The position numbers were made by a program, and so were the translations under genes. DNA of 64,000 nucleotides from a virus (Duplodnaviria > Heunggongvirae > Uroviricota > Caudoviricetes). The stretch's first letter is position 1. The number at the start of each line of letters is the position of its first letter. The stretch spans positions 20,600-84,599 of IMG/VR virus record IMGVR_UViG_3300049825_000338; one strand, 5' to 3'. Below are positions 62,730 to 64,000 of this stretch, in pieces. The notes beneath the pieces are model-generated. The model had not been told where the DNA came from. It made no database searches and was given only the letters and a program-made list of their open reading frames with translations.

Positions 62730-63179
62730 CTAGCCCTGCAACTGTGACGGTTTCAGGAGACCCTGAGTTAAGCAATACAATCCGAGATGACGTGCAGCGT
62801 CGTTCGCGTGACTTCCCTTCGTGGCCTTCCACCAACCGAGACGCTTTAAAGCAGGATCAGGAAGCAGTTTCTTTGCGGATACGGGAAGCTGCAATACAAG
62901 AGACAAACCGGATTTTTGGCAAAGATACTCAACTGCCCCGATAACTCTCATCGGCTCATACGCTGGTGCCTTCTTGGCAGTAGCCTGATTGATAGTGAAA
63001 CGCTCACAAATGACTACATCGACTGAAGGTTCTACAAGTGATTCTTCTAGGAGCGATTCGACAAACGAGACCGCTTCGAATACACCGGAGACTTCTCCGC
63101 TTTCTACGGTAGAGTTATCCCATATCGCCCATCCAGTGACTAGTCCTGGGTCTATAGCAAGCAGCTTCCCACTCATCAT
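62730..63179 (-). CDS. RuvC-like Holliday junction resolvase
   Basis: LLAIDPGLVTGWAIWD (Asp), VVICERF (Glu), HANDAARHLG (Asp/His). Confidence 0.65.
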   Translation of the reverse strand: MMSGKLLAIDPGLVTGWAIWDNSTVESGEVSGVFEAVSFVESLLEESLVEPSVDVVICERFTINQATAKKAPAYEPMRVIGAVEYLCQKSGLSLVLQLPVSAKKLLPDPALKRLGWWKATKGSHANDAARHLGLYCLTQGLLKPSQLQG

Positions 63180-63225
63180 GCAAAAGATCGTAGCCGACTA
63201 TAACCCTTCCACCGGAAGAATCGAG

Positions 63226-64000
63226 ATGGATTCGGGGTGGCTTGTGAGCAAAGACGCTCTGTCTCTTGCGGGTCTCCACTACAACGCCAAGTCTAAGCTT
63301 TGGACTACTCCATTCAACTGGGTCACCGCCCGTCGTATTCGGTCTCTCTTTGGTGAACGCCTGGAGGTCACCGAACGTCTTGCCGACAAGGCCTCTAAGG
63401 ATTACGCCGAGTGGATTTATCCGTCGTTACAGGCTCGTACAGACGCCTCTACAGACCCGAAGCTTCCTGCAACACTGTTTGAGTATCAGAAGCGAGGCGG
63501 ATCGTTTCTATTGGCCGCTAAGCGTGCTGTGTTAGCCGACGCCCCTCGCGTAGGTAAGTGTGGCTCCGTGATTGCTGCGGCTGAGTTGGGTGATCTGTAC
63601 CCGATGATCTGGATCGGCCCTAAGTCGACGCTTATTTCGGCCGAACGACAGTTCAAGGCTCACGTTCCTCATCGAACGACAAAGCAGCTTGACGGCACAC
63701 CGGCAAAGCGCCGTAAGGAGCTTGAGAAGCCGGTTGACGTTCTGTTCATGTCGTACGAGGTTGCTGTATCACATTCACGTCTAGCGTCATACGGCTCTGT
63801 CCGCATGAAGCGTTGTCCGGACTGCGGCGGGGTGGCTGGAGGCGATGACGAGATCACGGCAGCTAAGTGCCAGGCGCATAGCAAGGAACTAAACGCTATC
63901 CACTTCAGGCTCACCGTTGTAGACGAAGCTCACAACCTAGCTGATCCGAAGAGCATTAGAACGAGAGGATGCTGGGCAATAGCGGATCAGACAGAATACG
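63226..64000 (+). CDS. SNF2/Rad54-like SF2 helicase, N-terminal part (continues past window end)
   Basis: manual translation: LFEYQKRGGSFLLAA (motif I/Q region), VVDEAHNLADP (DEAH box); no stop in window. Confidence 0.6.
   Translation, partial: MDSGWLVSKDALSLAGLHYNAKSKLWTTPFNWVTARRIRSLFGERLEVTERLADKASKDYAEWIYPSLQARTDASTDPKLPATLFEYQKRGGSFLLAAKRAVLADAPRVGKCGSVIAAAELGDLYPMIWIGPKSTLISAERQFKAHVPHRTTKQLDGTPAKRRKELEKPVDVLFMSYEVAVSHSRLASYGSVRMKRCPDCGGVAGGDDEITAAKCQAHSKELNAIHFRLTVVDEAHNLADPKSIRTRGCWAIADQTEY

Noticed and set aside
62585-62944. 119-aa plus ORF
   Set aside because: Its 3' 215 nt overlap the motif-rich RuvC-like gene on the other strand. It is not listed as a feature; the overlap is discussed in the finding on the RuvC gene.
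1-64000. CRISPR arrays or integrase/att sites
   Set aside because: No regularly spaced direct repeats of 25-40 bp were seen. The only recombinase is the HTH-less serine recombinase, and no tyrosine integrase motif (R..H..R..Y) was found.

Overview
The window reads as a contiguous piece of a large tailed-phage (or prophage) genome, about 50% GC, from a Gram-positive host that is probably actinobacterial. Supporting that host call:
- an LPKTG sortase substrate, a sortase and several lipobox lipoproteins;
- a glycine-rich protein resembling actinophage minor tail proteins;
- many sigma-70-type promoters placed so that the mRNA would start at, or within a few nt of, the start codon (leaderless).

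Layout:
- A ~51 kb leftward (minus-strand) block of early and accessory genes (624-51647).
- An AT-rich iteron-bearing control region (51650-52037).
- A rightward replication block: an SF3/P4-type primase-helicase, ClpP-like protease, vWA protein, sigma-like protein, family-A DNA polymerase, a RuvC-like resolvase on the opposite strand, and a partial SNF2 helicase.

The leftward block encodes:
- Nucleotide metabolism: T4 gp1-like dNMP kinase, HAD 5'-nucleotidase, MazG-like hydrolase.
- Replication: PrimPol and a DinG/XPD-like Fe-S helicase.
- An RNA-repair and ribosome-rescue set: RNA ligase with a tRNA-binding domain, two metallophosphoesterases, a nucleotidyltransferase-fold protein, a T4 Pnk-like kinase, a 2H phosphoesterase and an ArfB-like GGQ protein.
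- An operon joining a Ro60/TROVE-vWA protein, an HSP90/MORC-like GHKL ATPase and NAD+ salvage enzymes (PRPP synthetase and NAMPT).
- Further accessory genes: macro-domain, NifU-like, a sigma factor and a PP2C phosphatase, a PglC-like sugar transferase, an SPFH protein, a DNA methyltransferase, and lysis genes (M15 lysin with a peptidoglycan-binding domain, an NlpC/P60 lipoprotein and a holin candidate).
- Two adjacent multi-domain 'polyvalent-type' proteins whose domains (MazF/PemK-like, ParB-like nuclease, GNAT) are separated by five copies of a conserved [DE]F[FY]NK[NA]HDxxG[RK]F motif.
- Two lipoproteins sharing one leader cassette; one carries an intein-like Hint domain with LAGLIDADG motifs.

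At least thirteen near-identical promoters (TTGACA, 17 nt, -10 box, 6-7 nt, ATG) lie upstream of minus-strand genes. Several are preceded at a fixed distance by a GTGACG-NN-CGTCAC palindrome. One such promoter drives a ~180 nt region with no ORF, which is a candidate ncRNA.

No tRNA genes or CRISPR arrays were recognised by eye. All functional calls rest on motif-level reading of the translations, not on database searches.
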